64,000 nucleotides of DNA from Octopus sinensis (taxonomy: Eukaryota). Both the position numbers and the translations under genes were made by a program. The stretch lies in NCBI RefSeq assembly GCF_006345805.1, contig NC_043001.1:51460001-51524000 (forward strand), read 5' to 3'. Under the pieces are notes generated by a model. The model was not told the DNA's origin. It saw nothing but the letters and a program-made list of their open reading frames with translations, and did no database searches. Below, one piece after another: positions 47,870-59,565 of the stretch (the stretch's first letter is position 1; each line of letters begins with the position of its first letter).

Positions 47870-49520
47870 CAACGAGCTGGTAGAATGGTCAGAGCGCCGG
47901 ACAAACTGCTTGGCGGCATTTCGTTCGCTCTGAGTTCAAGTGTCACCGAGGTCGACTTTACCTTTCATCCTTTCGGGGTCGATAAAATAGGTGCCAATCT
48001 AGCAATGAGGTCGATGTAATTGACATATTCCCTCCCACCAAATTTCAGAAAGGATTAAGTTTTATATACTATTGTCTTTTCGTTGTACAGAATTCTGTGG
48101 CGGAGAATACATTAATATATTATATTATTACTAGCATACCCGTGTCGGCAAAAATGCCGACAGGTTTATTGATGATAGAAAATGGCATATCAACACAAAG
48201 GGGGAACCCATTGATAAATGTCAGTATTCAAGTAAATATATGTATATACACAAAATTGAAGAACTTGAAGAATCAGATACGATTGCAAAGTCTCGGTTAA
48301 AAATGTCACCCACAGAATGTATGTTTGTGAGTGTATACGCACGCACACTCACACACACGCACGCACACAACGCACGCATGCGCATTTATATAAATGAAGT
48401 CTTTAATATTTGGTCATTGGTGTTATCAAGCATAATAAGGAATTGTATTGGATGAATGAAATATCAGTAGTGATTATATTGTGATGTAGAGGTTCAGAAA
48501 GCTCTGATTAGCTAGGATATAAAATAATGATAGATTGAGAAATCTGAGTCTGAAATGAGATAAGTTGAGTTGTTGAATTTAACCTCATTACAGGAGTTTT
48601 AAAATTTAAACATCAAATGAATTTCGGATTAAAATATGAACTAAAGTTTAAAATTTCTGAATTTAGCATTAAAGCAAACTAGAAATTAAAAGAATTAAAA
48701 TAATTTTGCATAATATTAAAGATTTAGGTTGACCATATGTATAAATGGCCCATATCAAATTTCAACACATTTGGACACTATCTAATCTAAAAAACAATGC
48801 TAATATGTGAAAAGAGTCCGAAAAGCATTTATTCGGCTCTCAAATGATTCTGCCATCTGATTACCTTCTGTATTTGTTTCTAATCTAGGCACAAGACCAA
48901 AAGTTTTGATGAGTTACTTGATATCATCGATCTCAGTATTCGACAGGGATTTTATTTTAACGACCCAGAAAAGTTGAAAAGCAAAGTTGTCCTTAGTATG
49001 TTTTGAATTCAGAACCTTAAGAAACACGACTCTTCAACAGTTCAGCATTTCACCACCCAAGAAAATATTTCTGATTTAAGCACAAGACCAATAAGTTTGA
49101 GGAGAGGGGGGAAGTTAATTATACCTATCCTAGTACTTGACAACTATTTTATTTTATTGACCCCGAAAGGATGAAAGGCAAACATGACTGCAACGAGATT
49201 TGAAATCAGAATATAAAGATCCTGAACAAATATCACAAAGTAGTTGTTCTAATGGTTCTGCCAATCCACCGCCCTTGCTATTTCTAATGTTACAAAGTTA
49301 GAAAGGCGCCGAGCTGGCAAAATCGTTAGCACGCAGGGCAAAATGCTTCGTGGCATTTCGTGCGTCTCTACGTTCTGAGTTCAAATGCCGCCGAGGTCGA
49401 CTTTGCCTTTCATTCTTTCGGGGTTGATAAAATAAGTAGCAATTGAACTCCGGGAGCGATGCAATCTACTTAGCCCCTCCATCAAAGTTGCTGTTCTTGA
49501 GCCAAAATTTGAAATCGATA
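47870..49520. mobile_element. Cluster of SINE family B copies in both orientations
   Basis: Heads ACGAGCTGGTAGAATGGTCAG (47872) and GGCGCCGAGCTGGCAAAATCGTTAGCAC (49305). Degraded minus-strand copies at ~48860-49060 and ~49075-49270. Confidence 0.7.
48131..48165 (-). mobile_element. Helitron 3' terminus
   Basis: Hairpin TGTCGGCA-TTTT-TGCCGACA followed by CTAG|T on the minus strand. Confidence 0.55.
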
Positions 49521-50109
49521 TTACAAATTCAGAAAAAACAGTCGATTATATTGTTCTCAGTACTTGATTGGTTCTTTATTTTATCGATTTTTGAGGGTCG
49601 GAAACCAAAATTGACTTCATCATGATTCGAAATTAGAACATAAAGGGTTATTGTTAAATACCGCAGTACGTTTTGCTTGACTCTCCAACGAGTTTTCCAA
49701 CTCTCGTTATAATTCTTTATTACTGCCACAAGGCCCATTCACTGATACAAAAAAACTTCAACTCATTCAAAGGTTGTGTTGAAACGAAACAATAAAGGAC
49801 TCTTTTCACTCAAATCAACAATAAAGGGGGGAAAAAACAAACGTTAAATGATATATCAATTTGCGTAAAATATTTCAAAATTACATAAAGTAGCTGTACA
49901 AAATAAATAGTCGTTTATATAAAATTAGGAATATAATTTTGAAAAAGAAACAAACAAAATCAAACAGGGTAACTAATACACACATGAGTGAAAACTCATC
50001 AGCTAGGATAGATCAGTGATTCATCACAACTTTACGGGTCTTGGGAACGAAATTTGTTGAGTGGTGCAAACCCAGGTCCAAAACGTTTTACAAACAAGGC
50101 CTTATTGCT

Positions 50110-50185
<76 letters not shown>

Positions 50186-50659
50186 TTTTGTATTTTGTTC
50201 TTGGAGAAGAAACCTAACTTCAAACTACTTTTTACAGATCACTTTTAACGTACTGTTTTCTAAATCTCAGAAAAGTAAACGGGTGCAGATTTTGATTATG
50301 CACCCCACAAAAATATTTGGAGATTCGCTTGTACCTTCTGCACCTCCTGTGGGTTTTGTGACTATTTTCTACTTTGGAGGGGACAAAAAGTATCCAGCGT
50401 CTTCTATTTTGTGATGTTATAGTGCATTGATGTTATCAACAAAAACCTGTCATATAAATAACTTAAAATCTGGTCCTAATTTTTCTTCCCCGGAATGCTT
50501 GGCATTATACTTTCTATATTTCATAATACCAAGGAACACGTTACTTATGCAGGACTGTGAAATCCATTGTGATCTCGTGATGTAGGGGCCCACTCTATGT
50601 GTTTTACACTCCTTTTGTTTTAGTTTATCGCTTTTTTTATATTTTTCCAAATTGTGAGT

Positions 50660-52318
50660 GCATCCTGCCCTACCATTTACTTCACATCATCACCAGTCGA
50701 TGGGCTGACAATAATAGGATGTAGGAGAACTTCGGCTTCTTGATTTTCGACTTGTTGGCTATTGTCTTCCTGGTCAGATTCTTGGTTGTCGGCTTCTTGC
50801 ACCTTCATATCGGCTTATTGGGAGATCCCATTAGTCGAATAACTCCAACCAGTCGGTACCAAACAGATTAGTTGCGCTCTTGACGACGAAAACTTTCTCC
50901 TTGCAAGTTTCCCCTCGAAATATGACATCATTTCACATTTCGCCTACAAACTGTAGTTTGTCATCCGTCTCCCCATGTGCAGTTTTCGCTGTCTTTTTTA
51001 ACATAGGTTTCCCTATTTTCTTCCAGGTGTCAGTGTTAATGATTGAAATGTCGCTACGAGTATCCAGTTGTAATTTGATATTTACTCCGTTTACTTTTAC
51101 GTATACAAATTTTACTTTCTATTGAGAGCACTTTAGAATTTTTATGCATTTGACCTTCGTAATTTTGTTCTGCAGTGTGAACTCTTGTGTCCAAAACTTG
51201 ACAACTGTAACATTTTTTGATCTAGAAAAATATGATCTTTTCTGAAATGTAGGTCTCCACACCCGTAACATGGATTAGGACGAAGTAATCTTCTTTAGTT
51301 ATACTTTCTCGGTGGACATAGCTGTATTTTTGCGAAATACTTTTCTTGAATTGTTCTTACGTCGTCTTTCAGGTTTACCATCCTTTGAAACTCTTCTGCA
51401 ACAGTCTGCAGGGTTAAATCTCGGTGCGTTTATTCAAGTTTTGAAAGAATTCTTGCCCATATTTCTGTGTCTTCATTTGCTGTAAGGCCTTGTATAAAAA
51501 TGAGGCACTGAATATCTCAGGAGTAAGTTCTTTAAGTCTAAAATTTTCACACATTCCGTTGACTGTTCTGCATACGTAATAAAGTCATCATCCTCTTTTT
51601 TAGCTAAATTCCAACATTCATTTCGAATGTAGAACAGAGACGTTTTATCACCGAACATGTCAGACAATAATTTGATTGTTTCCTGAAAACAAAACTCACT
51701 AGAAATTTTGGGCAATATGAAATTATAGTATCGTTCATGCTCATACGGAGTTAATTGACGTAATGACAGCCTTATTTTTTTTTCGTCCGACCATGTTTTG
51801 CAATCTTCCTTAAAACTCTCCTCGTACCTTTTGTCGTACGCTCTAAAAGTTATACTCTCCTCTAGATTACAATTGAATTCTGTTATGGAGTACGATACGC
51901 CGTCTGGCTAAAACGGACTTACGCATTTTCGGGCTTCTTTGCGTATAGTTCCAATAATTGTTGTTGTTGTATTATTGCTGTACTACTTGCTTCCGCAACT
52001 GTATTATACAATCTAGTAGGTCTTCCATCATTTAACAAGTTGTATCACGAACAAATTGTTAAATACTCTATGTGAGCTTCGAAACCCTCATCGCCTGATG
52101 TTGTATTCTCCGTCTCCAATGCCGTGGTACCGCCATGATATTGTGTCGGATGGTTTAGATATACTATACCAGTGTTGTAATAGTAAACAAGATAACGATG
52201 CAGCCGTAATAACAACGTAACGATCCAACAATCCCTTCACGAACAAACAATCAATATTCCAAACGAACTAACCAACTGACACCTTTCGACTTCACTGCGA
52301 ACTCAATTCGATCTAACA
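50660..52318 (-). mobile_element. Ty3/Gypsy deletion derivative (LTR, PBS, gag, protease end)
   Basis: LTR end ...AATACAACA followed by TCAGGCGATGAGG (PBS-like). gag remnants (F.ETIKLLSDMFGDKTSLF..R.EC), zinc-knuckle region and NLFGTDWLELFD. Related to the element at 21430-26288. Confidence 0.75.
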
Positions 52319-52319
52319 C

Positions 52320-53815
52320 CTTTTATTTATTTGACACTACGGCCATGACATAAGGAGGACAGCTGAAGGACAGACAAAACACCACAGTGGGGATAAAAAA
52401 CATAAAACGAATGTAAAATGAAAGATGTATATAAAAATGATAGAAACAGTAATGATGAAATGGTTGCATTGAGCCCCACTTTCAAGCAGTACCATTTAAC
52501 AGTTAAATCATAATATTTTAAAAAGTTTTTCTTTTTCTCTCCTTTTTCCATTTCGCATCGTTTTCTTTTTTAAAGTCTATTTTCTTTTTTCCTTTAAAAA
52601 AACCCCTCTGTTGTAGTTAATCAAGGGTTTCAAATCCGCACACTCCACTACTGATGGTAAATTGTCAAATTCTGTCTCAACCCCTAAAGGGTCCATATCA
52701 TTTCCAAACAGTTCCTTCAGTCTGCTATGTTTCTCTTTATCAATTACTATTCCTTTGATATGGTCTGGATATTGCTCTGGTGACAACTTAATTCTTATGA
52801 CCGATTTAAATTTTGTGATCTTCCGTTCGATTACCGTGCTTTTGACATATGTGACCATATGCCACTTTTTCTTCTCTTTTACAATTTCATTTTTCAGCGG
52901 CGGATCTGGGCTGTCCGGGCGAGTCGTACCTCTTGGTTCCTCCGTTGGTGTACTGACAAAATCCTCAACAATTATGTTTCCACTACGCGTTGCAATGCTG
53001 CTTCTGCTTCCACGCTATATCCTACTGTTGATGAAGTTGCTTGTGCATCTAACCAGCTCCTTGCCACCTCCTCTTTTATCTCTTTCATCCTTTTCTGGTT
53101 CTCTGGTGGCTGACCGCTGCTACCAGCTATGCTTTCTTAATCTCAGGAGGTATTCTGCCGATTCATACTCTGGCGACGCGTTTGCCACAGTAAGTCGGCA
53201 GAAGTACCCATTCTTGTGTCCTTATCGGCACAGTGGAGTGGTTTATGGCGTTTTCTTCGGTGGAAAACCTAACCTCCGCTGTGCCATGCTTCCTTCCTCG
53301 CGTGCAAAACGTGGTCAGTCCTTTTATGTCTTCAAGACATTCCTCTATTGCCTCTATTGAGGCAATCTCTATCTTTTTCAAACAGGTAGACAATATCCTA
53401 TAAACAACTGTTTTCTTCGCCACACTATTCATCAATTCCTCCGGTGAGGTCAGCCTCAAACTGGCCCCTTCCTTTTCTATCAAATTACTTCCCTCTTTCC
53501 ATTTTGGGGGTCTATTTTGATATCTCGCACTTCTAAGGTGTTGGTGTTTAATCCTTCTGTCATCGCCTATGCATAACTTCCAACTGGTTCCTGTTCCATC
53601 TCTCTTCCACTTCACCCACAAATAGGGATGAAACAAATAGAAAAACAGGCAAAACAGCGACAAAAATTCAAATTCAACAAATTTAACAAATCCAGGTTCA
53701 CCCACACGGGGAGACCTCCAACAATATACAATAACACCACTTACGTCTACGGAATTACAAGTATTTAACACACAATTCAGCAAAAACGAGAATTAACAGA
53801 CCCACGGTCGAACTA
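52320..53815 (-). mobile_element. L1/Tx1-clade LINE copy C (divergent subfamily), internally deleted
   Basis: ORF1 remnant KKTVVYR...GRKHGTAEVRFSTEE...WVLLPTYCGKRVARV, homologous to copies A and B. Related 3' tail (TTGTCTGTCCTT..CTGTCC) ending AAATAAATAAAA. Confidence 0.75.
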
Positions 53816-53894
53816 TCACTAATTCTTTATACAAGGCACTCAGGCTCTTACACAAAGGGGACAGCACAAGGACAGACAAAACACCACAGCCTTT

Positions 53895-54591
53895 TTTTTT
53901 TATGGTTGTTAGGAATAAATACATTTCTTTTTAACCCATAATTATGTCAAAAAAATTAAAACAAACTTTGAAAGAAGAAAACAAGTTCTTCAATGAAGAA
54001 TGGGCATTGCAATATTTTTTAGTAAATAGTAGGCGCAAAATGTCTTGCTTGTTTTGTGATTCCGCAATTGTAACTGTTAAGAAATTCAATGCACAGCAAC
54101 ATTACGCTCTTCATAAAGACAATAAATATGCCAGATTAGAGGGTGAGTCTCGAAAAATAGCGTTGCAGAAATTGAAAGATGGAAAACAAAAGCAAAGACA
54201 ATTTTTCCAATCCACCACTTTTAAAATACATTCCTTTATGAGTTCTGCATTGCTGAATGGCTTTTCTCTTTTCCAAGCAAACATGCAACTTTATAACTGG
54301 CTTCTGTCGTAGCATTCCCTTGATGCAACACAGATTAAGAAATTCATTTAAGAAATTCTATCGATTCATCCAAAGCTACTGAGTTTCTTTTTGGAGTATA
54401 TTTTTTAATTGCTCTGTTACATTACATGCCAGTTCATGCTCGTCGATCTGAATTAGTCCTTCTTGAAAGAAGCACTTTTTATAATCGTTAACTTTATCGG
54501 GATAAAATGACTAAAAAAGAAAAAATAATTCGTTCAATGAGAGATGATGAATTGTAAGGTAACCGTCATGCACAAAAGGTTCCCATCCCTG
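53895..54591 (+). mobile_element. hAT (Buster/SPIN/GTF2IRD2-like) deletion derivative
   Basis: KEENKFFNEEWALQYF...CLFCDSAI...KKFNAQQHYALHK (N-terminal zinc-finger region). 3' terminus AAAAGGTTCCCATCCCTG. Confidence 0.8.
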
Positions 54592-54594
54592 CAC

Positions 54595-55020
54595 TAGATA
54601 ACCCTACTAGAGATTTACTCTCATTCGACGCAGCAGCTGCAATCTAGAAGAGGCCTTGAGGTAGGCTCCGCACCAAATGGCAGCATGTGATTGGAGAAGA
54701 TCTCCAGAGGTTCGACCTCACCGTGGAGGATGCAGAGGGGGTGGCACGGGACCGCCAGCGATGGAGAGCACTGGTGGACTTGGTCGGCTCTAGGCATTGC
54801 GACGCCTTCGGGACCAGTAATAAGCCCCATGAAGTAAGAAGAAGAAGAGGAGGAGGAGGAGGAGGAGAAGAAGAAGAAGAAGGAGGAGTAGGAGGAGGAG
54901 GAGGAGGAGGAGAAGAAGAAGAAGAAGAAGAAGAAGAAGAAGAAGAAGAAGAAGAAAAGAAGAAGAAGAGAAGAAGAAGAAGAAAGAAGAAGAAGAAGAA
55001 GAAGAAGAAGAAGAAGAAAT
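54595..55020 (+). mobile_element. RTE-clade LINE 3' end with (GAA/GGA)n tail
   Basis: ...GRLRTKWQHVIGEDLQRFDLTVEDAEGVARDRQRWRALV, followed directly by a GAA-rich repeat. Confidence 0.8.
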
Positions 55021-55074
55021 TAACGACTAACAGAAAACAGTCCGGAGGGCGTTATTTCTGTTAGTAATAATAAT

Positions 55075-56275
55075 CCTTTCTATTACAGGTACAGGTTTGA
55101 AATTTTGTGGGGTGACTAGTCGATTGCATCAACTCCAACTGCTCAGCTGGTACTTAATTTAATGAATCCGAAAAGATAAAAGGCAGAGTCGACCTCAAAA
55201 ACATTCGAATTTAGAACGTAAAATCAGAAGAAATATCGTAAAGAATCTTGTTCGGCATGCTAACGATTCTTATTTATTTATTGCCCACAAGGGGCTAAAC
55301 ATAGAGGGGAAAATAAGGACAGACAAACGGATTAAGTCGATTACATCAACCCCAGTGCGTAACTGGTACTTAATTTATCGACCCCGAAAGGATGAAAGAC
55401 AAAGTCGACCTCGGCGGAATTTGAACTCAGAACGTAACGGCAGACGAAATACCTATTTCTTTATTGCCCACAAGAGGCTAAACATAGAGGGGACAAACAA
55501 GGACAGACATAGGTATTAAGTCGATTACATCGACCCCAGTGCGTAACTGGTACTTAATTTATCGACCCCGAAAGGATGAAAGGCAAAGTCGTCCTCGGCG
55601 GAATTTGAACTCACAACGTAACGGTAGACGAAATACTGCTAAGCATTTCGCCCGGCGAGCTAACGTTTCTGCCAACTCGCCACCTTAATAATCCTGTCTA
55701 CTAGTAGCACAGAGCTGAAATTCTGCAGGAGGGGCAAATCGATTACATCGACCCCCTCAGTGCTCAACTATCTTATCGCCTCTGATATGATGAAAAACAA
55801 AGTGGACCTCAGAGCGTAGTGATGGACGAAGTGCAGCTAAGCATTTTGTGCGGCGTGCTAACGATTTTTATTTCTTTATTGCCCACAAGGGGTTAAACAT
55901 AGAGGGGACATACAAGGACAGACAAAGGGATTAAGTCGATTACATCGAACCCAGTGCGTAACTGGTACTAAATTTATCGACCCCGAAAAGATGAAAGGCA
56001 AAGTCGACCTCGGCGGAATTTGAACTCAGAACTTAGTGGCAGACAAAATACTTATTTCTTTACTACCCACAAGGGGCTAAACACAGAGGAGACAAACAAG
56101 GACAGACAGGCAGATTAAGCCGATTATATCGACTCCAGTGCGTAATGACAGACGAAACACGGCTACGCATTTCGCCCGGCGTGCTAACGTTTCTGCCAGC
56201 TCGCCGCCTTAACGTATGAAATGTCGATAAGCATATTGCCCGGTGTGCTAGCGATTCGGCCAGCTCGCCACCTTC
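55075..56275 (-). mobile_element. Stack of about six nested SINE family B copies
   Basis: Repeated ~184 bp units joined at recurring junctions (55270, 55453, 55868, 56052), with intact heads at ~55685 and ~56210. Confidence 0.85.
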
Positions 56276-57984
56276 TGAATAATGCTAGTTTTTAGTGATA
56301 AATGCCCAATAGAGCGTGATGCACTTTTCAACTTACGGAGTGACATGTAAAAATAAATTATATGTCACTCAAAACAAGACACTGAAGAATAAGTTTACAT
56401 AGTATTTTTTAAAAATCTATGACATGCAATTTGAGAACTGGCGACATAGAGTGAGTTACAATGGTTATTATCATGAGCTTTGGAATCATTAAGTAGTTAC
56501 GAAATATTTCTTCAGTCTTATACCACGCTAAGACTATATCTGATTTCAACATGTAAGTATACTCTGATACTAAAACTGTTCTCAGATAAGCATGAGTAAA
56601 GTACTTCTGCTAATTAAGACATTTTCCATAATATAGCTGCAAGCTGTTACTTCTCTCATTTCGATTCTCGAGTTAAACGGGCTTTAAAATGTTTAAATAA
56701 TATGTCCAATACTTACACCGTGATACTGAAAACATGAGCAGCATCAATATACATCATATAACGGGAATATTGAAATTTCGAGCACCGCTGTTTTTGGTTT
56801 CATTTTTCGAACTTATTTCCCTGTTCTATTTTCCAATGATTATATAATTTTTTTGTTATATCTCTCCTACTAGCATCTTTGGGGCACCTGAATTTATCCA
56901 AACTTACGAACTTTACAAATAATTCATATTGACGCAACACCCATAATCTCAGCTTTCTCAGTGAGCATGTAATAAAGTATATCTAAGGACTTTATTTTGA
57001 TGTCGTTGGTATAGGGATAGAGTTCGGCCGAAATAAACGTTCATAATTAACAAGTGAACATAGATAAACAGTTCCAACTCTCCAAATTTTTGCATCAATG
57101 GTCTGTCTACTTCTCCTGTCCTCCACAGTGAGTGATACAAATACGTGCGCATTGATGTAAATACATCATATAAAGATACTGTGAACAAAGATGGTGTGTC
57201 CACCGAAGATTATATCAAGTGAAAGAGATATGTCAGTCAGAGATGTCCTTGTGTAAGGTATCACAGATGTGAGTATTTTTTTCCAAAGTCAGCGGCAAAG
57301 GGAATATTAAAAAACAACTGCTTCGAAATCTGCGGCTCTCCTCCTATTATTATATATTCAGATTTATACCAAGAATCATTGCTGCACTTGGTTATGTTAG
57401 TAAATGTTAAAGTGGTAATCTAAAGAAGCTGGAATTTTAAAGCAAAGAAAGAGGCCGGTTAATCCTTTTTCTAGATACAATCTGCATAGAACAATAAAAA
57501 TATGCCAGTGTTTCCTGAAGCATGTAACAATTATCATTGTTGTTATCTTAGTTCCCTTGATAAAGCTTTTGTTTCTTTGTTAGATACGAACTCCTTCCTC
57601 CAAAAAAGAATTCTAACAAATGGCAATGAAATTATATATGCATCATTGCATATATACATTCACACACACATGCTTGCGCACACACTTATCTATAGCTTTA
57701 AGATATATCTCGCAGATGCTCTGGGATGTACTCAGTGATGTTTCTGGGATACCAGTGTGTTTTGGGTCTTTCAGCATTAGACCCCACCAACCCACCCATA
57801 TGAACCAGCCACGGTTGATCAAGTAATAGCTTGTATCCCAACAACAGCAAACTACTGGTATACCTCCTTTAACCAAAGCCACCCAACGGCCTTCCCTGTA
57901 TCTTCAGTGATAGAATTCATAGCCCTCCTCTTAGCTGCACCAGTAATTCCAAGCCCAGTCAGAGCTTTGCATATTTTTCTTACT

Positions 57985-58203
57985 CTTTTATTTGTTTCAC
58001 TCATTTGGCTGCGGCCATGCTGGACCACCGCCTTGAAGGATTTTGGTCGAATGAATCAACCCCAGAATTGATGTTTTTGAAGCCTAGTACAATTCTAATG
58101 GTCTTCTTTGACGAACTGCTATGTCACGGGGACGTAGTTGCACCAACACAGGTTGTCAAGCGGTGATGGGGGATTAACACAAGCACAGACACACACAGAT
58201 ATA

Positions 58204-58244
<41 letters not shown>

Positions 58245-58620
58245 TAGCTGAAGGTGACCCGCTCTACGCGCGGGTAAGAGTGTGGTTGTTACTTTCTGTT
58301 GCTTCCTTTCAGCACGTAAAAAGCACCATCCGAACGTGGCGGATTGCAGCGCCGCCTTGACTGGCTTCTGTGCTGGTGGCACGTAAAAAGCACCAACCGA
58401 TCGTGGCCGCTGCCAGCCCTCCTGGCACCAGTGCCGGCGGCACGAAAACAGCACCCACTATACTCACTGAGTGGTTGGCGTTAGGAAGGGCATCCAGCTG
58501 TAGAAACACTGCCAGATCAGACTGGAGCCTGGTGCAGCCTTCTGGCTTCCCAGACCCCAGTCAAACTGTCCAACCCGTGCTAGCACGGAAAACGGACGTT
58601 AAACGATGATGATGATGATG
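57985..58620. mobile_element. SINE A 3' half (minus, 57985-58200) and RTE-like tail (plus, ~58300-58620)
   Basis: TTACTCTTTTATTTGTTTCACTCATTTGGCTGCGGCCATGCTGG and GTGGTTGGCGTTAGGAAGGGCATCCAGCTG...GGACGTTAAACGATGATGATG. Confidence 0.75.
58244..58280 (-). mobile_element. Helitron 3' terminus (element body extends rightwards, extent unknown)
   Basis: Hairpin ACCCGC-GCGTAGA-GCGGGT followed by CTAG|T on the minus strand, inserted in (TA)n. Confidence 0.55.
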
Positions 58621-59314
58621 ATTCTCCCTCTTTGTTTCTCTCTCCTTTCTCTCTCACTTTCCCACTCTCTTACTCTTCCTTTCTCTCGGACTCTCCCTCG
58701 CTTTCTCTTACTCTCTATCTTTATCTATCTATCTCTCTCCCATTTATAAACAACAAAAGATCTTGAGTAAGTTGAGAAATAAAATATTTAGAAAGATCAA
58801 TCATAAATATCAGGCAGTAACAACGGAAAGGTCTGCTTCAAGGTAGACAGCAAAACACTAACATTTAAAAGGGACAGACGAACTTGCGAGCTGAATAAAA
58901 ATAATAAAATATTGGAAGCTAAAGTTTGAAGGGATAGAATTTGAGGATAGTAGAGTCACCATGGCTGGCATTTCTTAACGACGGACAGCAACGTATTGAC
59001 AGTTCAACGGCTGGCGTAAAATTTTGAACTTGATGTAAAAGAAAATCCCTAAAAACCAAGTTTTGAATTGATTCTTTCTCACGACAGTAGACTCACGATG
59101 GCAAGCATTCAAAACTTCTTCATCATGGACGGCAACACATTGACGATTAAAAGGCTGGCGCAAATTTTTTAGCTTGATGTAACAGAGAATTGCTAAACAC
59201 CCGCTCCTTTAAATTTTAATCCCCTTCCAGCCCCATTTAGACCCCTTTTCACATTTTGGTTAATATAACCCGATTTCATTTGGGTCTACTGGGGCCACAT
59301 TTTATAAGATGAGG

Positions 59315-59565
59315 ACTCAACCAAGTTTCCCGAGTTCTGGTCATAGACCATAGAACACTCAACCAAGTTTCCCGAGTTCTGGTCATAGACCATAGAACAG
59401 TCAACCAAGTTTCCCGAGTTCTGGTCATAGACCATAGAACACTCAACCAAGTTTCCCGAGTTCTGATCATAGACCATAGAACACTCAACCAAGTTTCCCG
59501 AGTTCTGGTCATAGACCATAGAACAGTCAACCAAGTTTCCCGAGTTCTGGTCATAGACCATAGAA
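59315..59565. repeat. 42 bp minisatellite, six near-identical copies
   Basis: Unit CAACCAAGTTTCCCGAGTTCTGGTCATAGACCATAGAACA(C/G)T starting at 59318, 59360, 59402, 59444, 59486 and 59528. Confidence 0.95.

Noticed and set aside
52662-53360. 232 aa plus-strand ORF (likewise 43982-44536, 35077-35100 extension and 25140-25442)
   Set aside because: Antisense shadows or chance extensions of TE coding remnants on the other strand.
55270-56275. CRISPR-like reading of the regularly spaced repeats (also the 42 bp array at 59315-59565)
   Set aside because: Units are whole SINE copies or contiguous tandem repeats with no unique spacers and no cas genes, in a eukaryotic context.
57128-57268. Exon-like segment with strong polypyrimidine acceptor (CTCCACAG) and GTGAGT donor on plus
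   Set aside because: Stops occur in all three frames and there is no recognisable product. It could be non-coding but cannot be supported.
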